64,000 nt of DNA, taken from Thermoanaerobaculia bacterium. Lineage in GTDB: Bacteria; Acidobacteriota; Thermoanaerobaculia; Multivoradales; UBA5704. Below the pieces are notes generated by a model. It made no database searches. It was not told the origin of the DNA and saw only the letters and a program-made list of their open reading frames with translations. The stretch is from positions 64,001 to 128,000 of the forward strand of contig JBGAGQ010000005.1 in the NCBI GenBank assembly GCA_044226625.1. The letters run 5' to 3'. This document shows, one piece after another, positions 49,420 to 58,700 of this stretch. Each line of letters opens with the position of its first letter. Positions within the stretch are counted from its first letter, which is position 1. Made by a program: the position numbers and the translations under genes.

Positions 49420-51132
49420 ATGCCCGAGCCCCTTGCCTCCCCACCGAGCCGAAGAACTTGGCTCGTCGATCTCCTTCTGTTGACCCTCGTCTTCGCCGTC
49501 CTGCTTGGCCCCTCGATCAGCCGCCGCGCGCTCTGGGAGCCGGACGAGGGGCGCTACGCCGAGATCCCCCGCGAGATGGTCGAGACCGGCGACTATCTGA
49601 CGCCGCGCGTGAACGGCATCAAATACTTCGAAAAGCCGCCGTTGGTCTATTGGGCGACCGCCGCCGCCATCCGCGTGGGGGGCACCTCGGAAGGGGTCGT
49701 TCGCTTTCCGATCGCGCTGTTCGCACTGCTCGGAGCGGCCGGCGTCTACGTCGCTGGCCGTCGCCTCTACGGACGGACGGCGGGGCTCCTCGCGTCGTTC
49801 GTGCTCGCGACCGCCCCGCTCTGGCTCGGGCTGGGGCAGATCCTCTCGCTCGACATGCCGGTCTCGGCGCTTCTCACCGTGTCGCTCCTCGCCTTTCTCC
49901 TCGCCGTCCGCCATCCGCCCGGCTGGAACCGCCGGCTCCTGATCTGGGCGTTCTACGCCGCCGCGGCGCTCGCGGTCCTCGCCAAGGGGCTGATCGGCGT
50001 CTTGATCCCGGCGATGGTGATAGGCGTCTGGATTCTCGTAGCCCGCCAATGGCGCCTGATCCCCGCGGCCCTGGCCCCTACCGGCATTCTCGTCTTCCTC
50101 GCCATCGCCGTCCCCTGGCACGTCCTCGCCTCGAACGCCCATTCGGAGTTTGCCCGGTTCTATTTCATCCACGAGCATTTCGAGCGCTACCTCAGCAAGG
50201 TCCACGATCGCTACGAGCCCCCCTGGTACTTCGTCCCCGTTCTCCTCGGGGGCCTCCTCCCCTGGACCCTGTTTCTTCCCCAAGCCCTCCGAGACGCCTG
50301 GCGCACCACGCCGGCCGAACGCAAAGAGAACCTCTTCCTCGCCCTCTGGGCCGCGCTCGTCTTCGGCTTCTTTTCCCTATCGGATTCGAAGCTGATGCCC
50401 TACGTCCTCCCCGCCGTCCCGCCGCTCGCCCTCCTGGTGGGCCGATGGCTTGGGAACCTCGTAGACACGACCCGCGAATCTCGCGAGCAACGATCGCCCC
50501 TGCGCCCCGGGCTCTGGATTCTGCTGGCCCTCGGACTCCTCCTGGCCGCCGCGCTCGCCTTTTGGCCGACTCCTGCCGAAGGAACCAAAGATCGCGCCTT
50601 CATCGATCTGCTCGGCGGCTATCGTCCGGTGCTGGCCCTCTGCTTCGCCGTAATCGGCCTCGCGCCGTTCGTTGCCGACCGAGTAGGCAAACGGCGAGCA
50701 ACCCTAGGTGCTCTGGTCGCCGGCAATGCCCTCCTCTTTATGGTCCTGGGAGCGCTCGCCCCGCGCTTCGACGCCTACCGCTCGACCAAGTCGCTCGCCG
50801 AAGCCCTTCAAAAGCAACTCCAACCCGGAGACGAAGTCGCGAGCTACCACTTCTACCCCCACACCCTTGCCTACTACCTCGAGCGACGCATCACGATCGC
50901 CGGCTATACCGGAGAGCTCGACTTCGGCTCGAAGCACGACGACACGAAGGCTTGGGTTATCGAAGATATGGAGTTCTGGCGGCGGTGGAACGGGCCGGGG
51001 AGGATGTTCGTGATGGTGGATACTCGGCACAAGAAGCCGCTGCCCGCGGAGTTGGCGGGGGGGCGGGTGGTGGGTGGGGCGGGGGAGTGGCGGGTGATAC
51101 AGAAATGCAGAGGCTTGGATTGCCAGTTATAG
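49420..51132 (+). CDS. arnT: ArnT-like GT83 lipid glycosyltransferase
   Basis: PDEGRYAEIPREM, YFEKPPLVYW, LAKG, EHFERY and SKLMPYVLP. Divergent from arnB. Confidence 0.88.
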   Translation: MPEPLASPPSRRTWLVDLLLLTLVFAVLLGPSISRRALWEPDEGRYAEIPREMVETGDYLTPRVNGIKYFEKPPLVYWATAAAIRVGGTSEGVVRFPIALFALLGAAGVYVAGRRLYGRTAGLLASFVLATAPLWLGLGQILSLDMPVSALLTVSLLAFLLAVRHPPGWNRRLLIWAFYAAAALAVLAKGLIGVLIPAMVIGVWILVARQWRLIPAALAPTGILVFLAIAVPWHVLASNAHSEFARFYFIHEHFERYLSKVHDRYEPPWYFVPVLLGGLLPWTLFLPQALRDAWRTTPAERKENLFLALWAALVFGFFSLSDSKLMPYVLPAVPPLALLVGRWLGNLVDTTRESREQRSPLRPGLWILLALGLLLAAALAFWPTPAEGTKDRAFIDLLGGYRPVLALCFAVIGLAPFVADRVGKRRATLGALVAGNALLFMVLGALAPRFDAYRSTKSLAEALQKQLQPGDEVASYHFYPHTLAYYLERRITIAGYTGELDFGSKHDDTKAWVIEDMEFWRRWNGPGRMFVMVDTRHKKPLPAELAGGRVVGGAGEWRVIQKCRGLDCQL

Positions 51133-51179
51133 TGAATCCAGGTGGCTTACGACCGAATTTCTCGGCAATCGCCCACTTT

Positions 51180-51776
51180 TCATCTCGCCGCACAGATAAC
51201 ATCTGTATTCAGGACTGATGCCTGCTTTTCCGGTTGCGGAAGATCGCTCGCCTTCTTTCCGCGTAAACGTTCCTGCCAAAGTTGCTCGAGAGTCTTAAGT
51301 CCAAAGAGGCTACCAAAATCCATTTTAACCTTTATCCTAACCAATTTTTCCTTCTCGAAAAGGAGCACCTCGGATTCATCGAGGTCAATCTCAACATTAT
51401 TCTTCCTGAGCTGATCCAGGTATGAACTCCAGAGAACCTCTGAGTCTCCCCCTACCAGCAGCACGCGGCGGCCGCGGCCGGCTTCCCCACTATTTCGACG
51501 GAGTATCGCTCTCAAATCACATGGACGTGCCGGGGCGCCGCAGAGCCCATTCGCCGGAGGTTTACCATCTGGGCATAGCTGTATCTGCCTGCAAGGTGGC
51601 CCTTCCGGGCCATTCGGCTGTCCATTTGGACAGACCTCAGGCCACTCGCACTTTCTCCCGCCGAAGACCATTCCCGGGGGACAAACTTGGCTCCCAAGGC
51701 CTGGGCGAAGCGGAAAGCTTAATGCGAGCAAAAATAGACTTAAGAAACCTTGTGCTTTCACTTGGACCCTCCCCAC
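51180..51776 (-). CDS. Cys-rich exported hypothetical protein
   Basis: Signal-like N-terminus, three CPxG...C units (CPPG, CPNG, CPDG); starts 9 nt after the upstream ORF. Confidence 0.55.
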   Translation of the reverse strand: MGRVQVKAQGFLSLFLLALSFPLRPGLGSQVCPPGMVFGGRKCEWPEVCPNGQPNGPEGPPCRQIQLCPDGKPPANGLCGAPARPCDLRAILRRNSGEAGRGRRVLLVGGDSEVLWSSYLDQLRKNNVEIDLDESEVLLFEKEKLVRIKVKMDFGSLFGLKTLEQLWQERLRGKKASDLPQPEKQASVLNTDVICAAR

Positions 51777-51785
51777 CCTAGGGGT

Positions 51786-52559
51786 TTAAATATTATCTAC
51801 GGCGTCTTTGTACGCTTCCAGTGCTCCAATGTAAATTTTCTCCCAAAGTCCCTCTTTCGACGCCTTCCTGAATCTATCCACTGAAACCCAAATCTGAGCG
51901 CGAAACATTTCATTGTTCAGCGCCTTCCATCTGGTAGAATAGTACAAATAAAGAGCTTCGCTTACAATAACTGCCAATGCTAGAACCAGCGGTAGAACCA
52001 CGGCGCCTTGCCACTGGCTTCCCGCCGCGAATGCCCTCCAGGCAATTAATAGACTGACTATGGTCGTTCCCGCTCCAATTGAAAGCAATGACCTCCGAGC
52101 TTCTTTGTTACCACAGAGGAGATCGCCGAATCCGTGGCCAACGAAATACGCGCCGGCTGCCAGCAAGAGTCCGACCAGGATAAGGAGAATGTTGCCCAGT
52201 CCAAACAGCCATTGGAGGAAGAAAACACCAGCCTCAGCAGACATGAGCATCCATTTAAAGAGATTCAGGGTGATGATGAGAGCTCTGGGCGGAGCATCGC
52301 GGCCGAAGTCTCCGCGATTAGCGGCCAAAAGCACTTCCGGATCGACAATCACCTCATTGCCAAAAATGGCATCAATCTCAGCAGGCAATGCCAAACCTGC
52401 AGATTGGGCCTCTTGGAACGATCGGAACTTACTATAGTTACTTCCGGCTCGAGATCTTAGCCAAGCGGTAACCCGATCGAGCTCCGTGTCCCAAGCGGCA
52501 CCGATATCCCAACGCTTCGCGGGTGGTATGTCAGCAGCGCTTATTCTCTTTAGGTCCAT
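51786..52559 (-). CDS. Hypothetical membrane protein (about 4 TM)
   Basis: 257-aa ORF with a soluble N-terminus, four hydrophobic segments and an AAGGA RBS. Confidence 0.65.
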   Translation of the reverse strand: MDLKRISAADIPPAKRWDIGAAWDTELDRVTAWLRSRAGSNYSKFRSFQEAQSAGLALPAEIDAIFGNEVIVDPEVLLAANRGDFGRDAPPRALIITLNLFKWMLMSAEAGVFFLQWLFGLGNILLILVGLLLAAGAYFVGHGFGDLLCGNKEARRSLLSIGAGTTIVSLLIAWRAFAAGSQWQGAVVLPLVLALAVIVSEALYLYYSTRWKALNNEMFRAQIWVSVDRFRKASKEGLWEKIYIGALEAYKDAVDNI

Positions 52560-52580
52560 TGCTGAATCCTTGTGAAGGTT

Positions 52581-53207
52581 TTACACTTTGCCCTTGCAGG
52601 GGAATACGAACACGTGGACGGATTGGTTGAGAATGAGTTCATCATTTCGGTAATCAACAGAGGGAATCCTGACGAATGCGGCGTCGCTCGTAGTAAATTG
52701 TTGAATAGTTTTTCCGAACCAAGCGCCTCTAAATCGATGGCATGGCAGGCCAAGACCTTTTAGGTAGTCCATGATGGCCTTCATGCGATCTCTGGACAAT
52801 CCTACATTTTGATCGTATGTGCCTGTGATGCTGGCGCGACCCAGTACATAGATTATTGAGTCCTCGGGGTCATTCATATAGCGAAGTGAGGCAAGTTGAT
52901 CCTTCTTGCTAGTGTTCCAGTCAAATACCGACGCCAGTGAACTCTGATTGCTCGGGAAAAACAGATGAATAGATTGGATGTCCCTATCTAGGAACGCCTT
53001 AAGTAGGGCACCTTTATCAACGCGGGAATTGAGTTCGGAAAGCCTTGAGAAATCGCAGTATAGGTCGGTGCATGCACCATCGATAATTCGGATCGCGGTT
53101 AGCAGTGCTGTGTTCGAGCAGACGCTGGGTTCAACTCCATGTGAAGTTTTTGCGAACAATACGATCGAAAAGAGGAATGACGCCAGGCTGATTCGATGAA
53201 CGCGCAT
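52581..53207 (-). CDS. Exported OmpA/MotB-C-like domain protein
   Basis: Signal peptide, then IHLFFPSNQSSL, VLGRAS.TG..DQNVGLSRDRMKAI.DYL...G and NQSV, a divergent OmpA C-terminal pattern. Confidence 0.65.
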   Translation of the reverse strand: MRVHRISLASFLFSIVLFAKTSHGVEPSVCSNTALLTAIRIIDGACTDLYCDFSRLSELNSRVDKGALLKAFLDRDIQSIHLFFPSNQSSLASVFDWNTSKKDQLASLRYMNDPEDSIIYVLGRASITGTYDQNVGLSRDRMKAIMDYLKGLGLPCHRFRGAWFGKTIQQFTTSDAAFVRIPSVDYRNDELILNQSVHVFVFPCKGKV

Positions 53208-53217
53208 GGTAATCGCC

Positions 53218-54009
53218 TCAGTGTGAGTCTGATAAGACCTTATCTTTGTCCGATAGGTCGATAAGGTTCAGTATGGCTAGAAGTAGCTGGGGGTCCGAAA
53301 ACGGATCTAGGGCTGGGCCCTTGTCGCTGGTGGTTCGTTGAATTACACGGCCGTGATAAAGAAGCGCTGGGGGCGAGATGCCGTTCGATGACAGTAGAGC
53401 CCATTGATCGGTCAACCGGTAGCGGCTACTCTCATTGCCCGCTTCTTCGGGTGATAGGGGGAATCCTCGGACATGCTTGAGAAAAAGGATGGGGTCTGTC
53501 GATCGTGTAGATTCAACGGCTGTCAGGAAGGGGTCGGGTGTTTGGCTCTGGGGAGCGCTCGATGGCGCTAGTGCAATGCACACTTTCGGCAAACAATTTC
53601 TGCAGTTCTTGTCAGCAGCGAGAATAAAGTCAAGTACAAGTTGACACGAGTCGCATCGGGGATCGACCAGAAGCGCCATGCTGTCAGGTCCCGAACCCGC
53701 GATCGCCGGCGGATACAAGAAAATGTCGGACACTAAGTCAGTGCGCTTGGTTGATGCTAAGTGTTCGAGTAGTTCAATTGTGCTGCAGGTTTCGGTGTCA
53801 GAATATGATCTTGATGCAAGTAGCCGGCGAACCGAAAGCATTATGAATTCATATTTCAGCGGATCGTGTTGCCGTGCCGTGGCCATGATGATGCTGCAGG
53901 TAGTTACTGCTTCATTTTCGGGTGCAGCGAACACTCGGGCGTTAGGGTAGAGCAACATCGATAGTAGAGTAATCATTGATGGGAGATGGAAGGATATTTT
54001 GAAGTTCAT
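53218..54009 (-). CDS. Exported CxxC thioredoxin-fold-like (DsbA/G-like) protein
   Basis: Signal-like N-terminus, LLVDPRCDSC and a GISPPALLYHG cis-Pro-like segment. ATGA overlap with the upstream gene. Confidence 0.5.
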   Translation of the reverse strand: MNFKISFHLPSMITLLSMLLYPNARVFAAPENEAVTTCSIIMATARQHDPLKYEFIMLSVRRLLASRSYSDTETCSTIELLEHLASTKRTDLVSDIFLYPPAIAGSGPDSMALLVDPRCDSCQLVLDFILAADKNCRNCLPKVCIALAPSSAPQSQTPDPFLTAVESTRSTDPILFLKHVRGFPLSPEEAGNESSRYRLTDQWALLSSNGISPPALLYHGRVIQRTTSDKGPALDPFSDPQLLLAILNLIDLSDKDKVLSDSH

Positions 54010-55142
54010 TGTATGCCCCTAAGCATATTCTCGAATTCAGCGCGCCTTTCGATGTTATCTATAGAGCCGATAATGCTGTTGGTCAGCAGGCCCCTTCGAT
54101 CGAAGACAGCTAACGCAGGATAGACGGAGTCATGTCGGCTAAATAGCTGTCGGAAGATCTCCGGTGCTGCTACCAGGTACTGTGCTTCAAGGCTATTGGC
54201 CTGTGCCTTTTCACGATAGAAGGCGAGGAGATTGGGAGTTCTTGCGGCCAGGGTCTCCTCAGCTATTCCGACAAATAGGATGCCGGGGTAGGCTTTTTGG
54301 AGAGCCCCAAGTGTCGGAAGCTCGGCAATGCATGGTGCACACCAGGACGCCCAGAAATACAGAACGACTGGGCGGGATGAGGTCTTCAAATGACTGGCTA
54401 ACCAGGAGCGTTGAAGGTCGACTGTGCTTGAGGGATTCTCAAGCGTGCTGACTGCGCCGCGCAAACTACGGAAAGCGATAGAGCTTCCGTTGGGAGTAGT
54501 GATATCAGCCCTCGTCGGCGAAGTGGCATGGGTATTCGGTGGGGTGGGCTTAATCGGAGTCTTTGGCGGATTGGATGCTGTGTCTTTGGGAATTGGCGGC
54601 AGCTTGGGAGGAGCCTGAGAAAGGGAGCTATTGTGAAAGATTAGTTCATAGGACCGAGCCGTATTCACGACTACGTCAGGTGTCGCGGCTAGGTAGGTAA
54701 AGGGATCCCACCAAATGAGGTCGCAGGAAGAAGAGAAGATGTAGGCTCCGGGTGGTAAGACTTGATCATCTACCGATAGAGGTTGATCCGAGTAGATTGC
54801 AGGGAACCCTTGATCGAATTCAAGCATCGCAGATTCGGTGGTGAAGACGGCGAGGCATAGGGTGCCGGATGCTTTGCATAGCTGAGGGTATCGGGTTAGT
54901 GCTTCTCCTTTTGGGTCAAGCAAGAGAAGTCTCAAGCCCTGGACCTCAGAAGTAAAAACTCGAGCCGTGGCGTTTTGGTCGAAACGACGGAAGAGCTCGA
55001 GGTCTCGAAAGCAAATCTTGGAATCACCTTCGAGTACTGGGAAGCGCCCCAGCGAAGACCTTTGAAAATTCTCGCTAGGTGGGGAGTTGGATAGAAGTAT
55101 GGCCACCGGAATTCCAAGCAGGCCGCCAATAATTGCGCCCAT
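54006..55142 (-). CDS. TlpA/ResA-like thiol-disulfide oxidoreductase with N-terminal extra domain
   Basis: PVVLYFWASWCAPCIAELPTL and YP cis-Pro in the C-terminal domain; N-terminal membrane anchor and Pro-rich linker. AAGGGGG RBS before ATG 55142. Confidence 0.8.
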   Translation of the reverse strand: MGAIIGGLLGIPVAILLSNSPPSENFQRSSLGRFPVLEGDSKICFRDLELFRRFDQNATARVFTSEVQGLRLLLLDPKGEALTRYPQLCKASGTLCLAVFTTESAMLEFDQGFPAIYSDQPLSVDDQVLPPGAYIFSSSCDLIWWDPFTYLAATPDVVVNTARSYELIFHNSSLSQAPPKLPPIPKDTASNPPKTPIKPTPPNTHATSPTRADITTPNGSSIAFRSLRGAVSTLENPSSTVDLQRSWLASHLKTSSRPVVLYFWASWCAPCIAELPTLGALQKAYPGILFVGIAEETLAARTPNLLAFYREKAQANSLEAQYLVAAPEIFRQLFSRHDSVYPALAVFDRRGLLTNSIIGSIDNIERRAEFENMLRGIQ

Positions 55143-55615
55143 GGTCGTTCCCCCTTGCAAGTTCATCTGTGGCAAAGCGGTGGGTTATGCCGTGTCGAGC
55201 AAAGCGTTTGGTAATTATAGTAATGGCAGCAAGATTCGAAGTCAAGGGCTGCGTAAATATGTCGTGCGAAATGCAGTCGTTCCGATGTAGTCCGTTTTAA
55301 CCGTGGGGCGCGGAGTTGCAGCCTCTTGGACATTCCTAGCTTTGAAGTCAAAAATCGCTAATCGGCGAGTTACCAGAAGTGAGACTGCCGCGCACCCACA
55401 AATGGCGTGAGGTAGACTTTGACGCGCACTCAGGTGGTGACAGTCACTATTCGTCTGCCACGGATCCCCTCCTAGCTCAATACGCGATGAATCGTGGCTC
55501 TGAGGGTCAACGAGCCCGAGACGACTTGTCGCCGGTGCCGGTGGACGCCGACGTATCCTCTAGGATACGTTTGAGAAGTCGGCTGGGACCGAAGCCGACG
55601 ACGCTTTCCTCCCCT

Positions 55616-56908
55616 CTACGCCACCCGCCCCCACCCGACCGTGCGCATGACGCTCGCGGCTTCGGCTTTCGCCGCGAGCTTCCGCTCGAACCGGCCGGCG
55701 AAGACTTTCGCCATCGCCTTGAGCTTCAGGTTCTGCCAGGGGAACTTGCGGGTGGAAAGGGTCCTGCATTCCTCGGGGAGCATGACGAGGCTTACGTGGA
55801 CATTCGGGGCGCAGCCGATGGGGAGGCCTCGCTCCATGCAGGCTTCGTAGAGGCGGCGGAAGACGGGGATCATGTCTTCGGTCTGGGGCGGGGCGGCGTG
55901 CTGGAGGTCGGTGCCCTGGAGGGGACGGAAGACGCAGACGGTCGGGATGGCCCCGACGGAGGTGATCCAGTCGATCGCGGCGATCGAGGATTCGGGGGAT
56001 TCGAGGCCCGCGATGATCTCGCCGTTGGTCACCCAGGGCTCATCTTTCGGGCCGCGGTCCGCGAGGGCGGCGCAGTAGCGGACGGCGCGCAGGTAACGGT
56101 CCAGGCCGTAGGCGTCGTCTTTGCCGGGGCAGATGTCTTTGAAGATCTGCCGGTCGTAGATCTCGAAGCAGAAGGAAACCCGGTTGACGCCCATCTGCCG
56201 TAGCTGGTCGTAACGGGCGAGGTCGTGGTGGGGCGGCGTCTGGACGCCGACCAGGAGGCCGAATTCGGATTTGACGCGGCGAATGAGGGGCTCGAGGATG
56301 TCGAGATAGGTCTCGCCCGTGTAGTGGCCGGTGTTGAAATCGACGTAGGTGATCTTGGATTCCTCGCGCGCGGCGCGGATGACCTCCATCACTTCCTCGA
56401 TCGATTTCTCGTCGGCGTCGTCCATCCCGAGGTTCAGGCCCACCGAGCAGAACTTACAGTTGACCCTCTCGGGCTTCGCGGTCCAGTACTCGCAGACCTT
56501 CGCCTGATAGATGCCGAGGTAGGTCCCTTGGAGGGTGCCGATCCGGGTCATTGGCTTGCCCGTGGTGGTGGTCCGGTCGTACCAGTCGGGCCGCGGGGAG
56601 AGGCGGACCTCGGTCACTCTGTCGCCGTCGCGGTAAAGGACGTAGCTGCCGTTCTCGCGAAACAGGACGTACGGGGAGGCCTGGGCGAAGCTCTCGGAGA
56701 CCGGAACGTTGGTCCAGAGCTCGGCCGGTCCTCCCGACGGACCGTCGAGGATCACCTCCAGGCCGCTGCCGAGGCCGGCGCGGGTACGCATCACCTTACG
56801 GCCGCCATCCTCTTCGACCAGGCAGGAATCGTCGAGGCGGGTGCCTTTGCAATAGAGATCGAGCTTCAGCAGGGCCGGGTTCTTGCGGAGCTCTGCGATG
56901 GAAATCAT
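55616..56908 (-). CDS. Radical SAM protein with CX11CX2C motif
   Basis: CEYWTAKPERVNCKFC, a TIM-barrel core (FEIYD...CPGK), IIAGLE and VCVFRPL.GT. Resembles MSMEG_0568-like radical SAM proteins (inference). Confidence 0.85.
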   Translation of the reverse strand: MISIAELRKNPALLKLDLYCKGTRLDDSCLVEEDGGRKVMRTRAGLGSGLEVILDGPSGGPAELWTNVPVSESFAQASPYVLFRENGSYVLYRDGDRVTEVRLSPRPDWYDRTTTTGKPMTRIGTLQGTYLGIYQAKVCEYWTAKPERVNCKFCSVGLNLGMDDADEKSIEEVMEVIRAAREESKITYVDFNTGHYTGETYLDILEPLIRRVKSEFGLLVGVQTPPHHDLARYDQLRQMGVNRVSFCFEIYDRQIFKDICPGKDDAYGLDRYLRAVRYCAALADRGPKDEPWVTNGEIIAGLESPESSIAAIDWITSVGAIPTVCVFRPLQGTDLQHAAPPQTEDMIPVFRRLYEACMERGLPIGCAPNVHVSLVMLPEECRTLSTRKFPWQNLKLKAMAKVFAGRFERKLAAKAEAASVMRTVGWGRVA

Positions 56909-57112
56909 GGGATGTCCCTCCGATACAACGGATTCCACCCCGGCCGGGGATGAGACGCACCACCCCCCGGAGGTGCCGGCAGGCCGCCCCTTCGGGTGGG
57001 AGCGGCCCGAAATCCGAGTGCAAACTCTTGGATACAGCTTAAAGAAATTTGTCCCTGAAAAGCTCCGGGGCTCACCTCATTTGAGTAGGGCTCGAGCCCG
57101 AAAGGAGGGACG

Positions 57113-58690
57113 ATGGCCAAGACGATCGTGATCGTCGGGGGCGGAACCGCCGGCTGGATGACCGCTTCGTATCTGAAAAAGGCGCTCCCCAAAGTCGACG
57201 TGACCCTGATCGAGTCGGGAAACGTCGGCACGATCGGGGTGGGCGAAGCGACGTTCTCGACGGTCAAGCTGTTCTTCGATTTCCTCGGCCTCGACGAGAG
57301 CCAGTGGATGCCGAGCTGCAACGCGACCTACAAGATGGCGATCCGCTTCGCCGGCTGGCGCGCCGACGGCGGGCACTTCTACCACCCGTTTCAGCGCTAC
57401 GAGGTGGTCGACGGGTTCAACCTGGGTGACTGGTGGCTCCGGTTGAAGCGCCACGAGGAACCGTTCGACTACTCGTGCTTCATGACGCCGGCCCTCTGCG
57501 ATGCGCAGCGCTCGCCGCGGTTCCTCGACGGCCGGGTTTACGACGATCAGGTGCAGGATTACTTCCTGGGCGAGGTGGGGGGGCACAACAACATCATTCT
57601 GGATCACAAAGTCCAGTACCCGTACGCCTATCATTTCGACGCCGGACTGCTCGCCCAGTTCCTCAAGGACTATGCGATGGCGCGGGGAGTCCATCGGGTG
57701 GTGGACGACGTCGCCGACGTCGTCCGGGACGAGAAGGGCTGGATCGATCATCTCGTGACCCGCCAGGGAGGCGACCTCTCCGCCGACCTGTTCGTCGACT
57801 GCACCGGCTTCCGAGGCCTCCTGATCAATCAGGCACTGGGGGAGAGGTTCATCTCGTTCGGAGAATCTCTGCTGTGCGATCGGGCGATCGCGCTGCAAGT
57901 TCCGCGCGACATCAAGACGCACGGGATCGACCCGTTCACCTCGGCGACGGCGCTGTCGGCCGGCTGGGTTTGGAACATCCCGCTCTACGGCCGCGTCGGT
58001 ACGGGCTACGTCTATTCGAGCGCCTTCATCTCGCCCGAAGAGGCAGAGCGGGAGTTCCGCGCCCACGTGGGGCCGGCCGCAGCGAACCTGCCCGCCAACC
58101 ACATCAAAATGCGGATCGGCCGCAATACCAATTCGTGGGTCGGCAACTGCGTCGCGATCGGCCTTTCGAGCGGCTTCGTCGAACCGCTCGAATCGACCGG
58201 CATCTTCTTCATCCAGAACGGCATCGAGGAGCTGGTGAACCACTTCCCGAGCCATGAGATCGACCAGGCGACGGTGCGCAGCTACAACCGCGTGATCGGG
58301 GAGTGCATCGACGGTGTGCGCGATTTCCTCACCTTGCACTATTGCGCCAGCGACCGGGCGGACAACGACTTCTGGCGCGCCACGAAGCAGGTGCGGCCGT
58401 CGGAGTATCTCGCCGAACGTCTGGAGCTCTGGCGTCACCGGCTGCCGAACGCGCGCAGCATCCCGCAGAGCTTCCACGGCTTCGAGGCCTACTCCTACTC
58501 GGTGATGCTGCTGGGTCTCAACTATCGTCCCTCGTCGAGCCTTCCGGCGCTCGATCAGGTCCCCGCGGGCAACGCCCTCCGCGCCTTTTCCGCGTTGCGA
58601 GAGCGGACACGGAAGCTGGTGGAAACCCTTCCGTCGCAGATCGAGTACCTGACCTCCGTCCGCGAGCAGGTGGGAGCGGCGGTCGCTTGA
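57113..58690 (+). CDS. Tryptophan halogenase family (PrnA/RebH/PyrH-like)
   Basis: GGGTAGW, IGVGEAT, NATYK (catalytic Lys), AYHFDA, DCTGFRG, GWVWNIP and FVEPLESTGI. AAGGAGG RBS. Confidence 0.93.
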   Translation: MAKTIVIVGGGTAGWMTASYLKKALPKVDVTLIESGNVGTIGVGEATFSTVKLFFDFLGLDESQWMPSCNATYKMAIRFAGWRADGGHFYHPFQRYEVVDGFNLGDWWLRLKRHEEPFDYSCFMTPALCDAQRSPRFLDGRVYDDQVQDYFLGEVGGHNNIILDHKVQYPYAYHFDAGLLAQFLKDYAMARGVHRVVDDVADVVRDEKGWIDHLVTRQGGDLSADLFVDCTGFRGLLINQALGERFISFGESLLCDRAIALQVPRDIKTHGIDPFTSATALSAGWVWNIPLYGRVGTGYVYSSAFISPEEAEREFRAHVGPAAANLPANHIKMRIGRNTNSWVGNCVAIGLSSGFVEPLESTGIFFIQNGIEELVNHFPSHEIDQATVRSYNRVIGECIDGVRDFLTLHYCASDRADNDFWRATKQVRPSEYLAERLELWRHRLPNARSIPQSFHGFEAYSYSVMLLGLNYRPSSSLPALDQVPAGNALRAFSALRERTRKLVETLPSQIEYLTSVREQVGAAVA

Positions 58691-58700
58691 ACTAGGATTT

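Larger units (their letters stand above)
51110..55550. mobile_element. Low-GC genomic islet (probable horizontal acquisition; no mobility gene seen)
   Basis: GC drops abruptly to about 50-55% (spot counts) against about 70% in the flanks, with AT-rich codon usage. Five co-oriented, tightly spaced ORFs. Confidence 0.7.

Noticed and set aside
51786-53207. Zorya ZorAB or MotAB pair
   Set aside because: The gene order is reversed, the OmpA-like protein appears to have a signal peptide rather than the Asp-bearing MotB helix, the membrane protein lacks a long ZorA tail, and no zorC/D/E is present.
55163-55351. Small Cys/His-containing ORF as a RiPP precursor for the radical SAM enzyme
   Set aside because: It has a weak TTG start, no clear RBS or leader/core structure, and lies in the probable promoter region of the low-GC operon.
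56909-57112. Riboswitch between the radical SAM and halogenase genes
   Set aside because: Several hairpins are present (TTCG and GCAA loops, GGGCTCGAGCCC), but I could not match any riboswitch consensus. An Rfam/Infernal scan would be needed.
204-58690. Pyrrolnitrin (prnABCD) cluster
   Set aside because: The two halogenases are about 55 kb apart and no PrnB or Rieske PrnD gene is seen.
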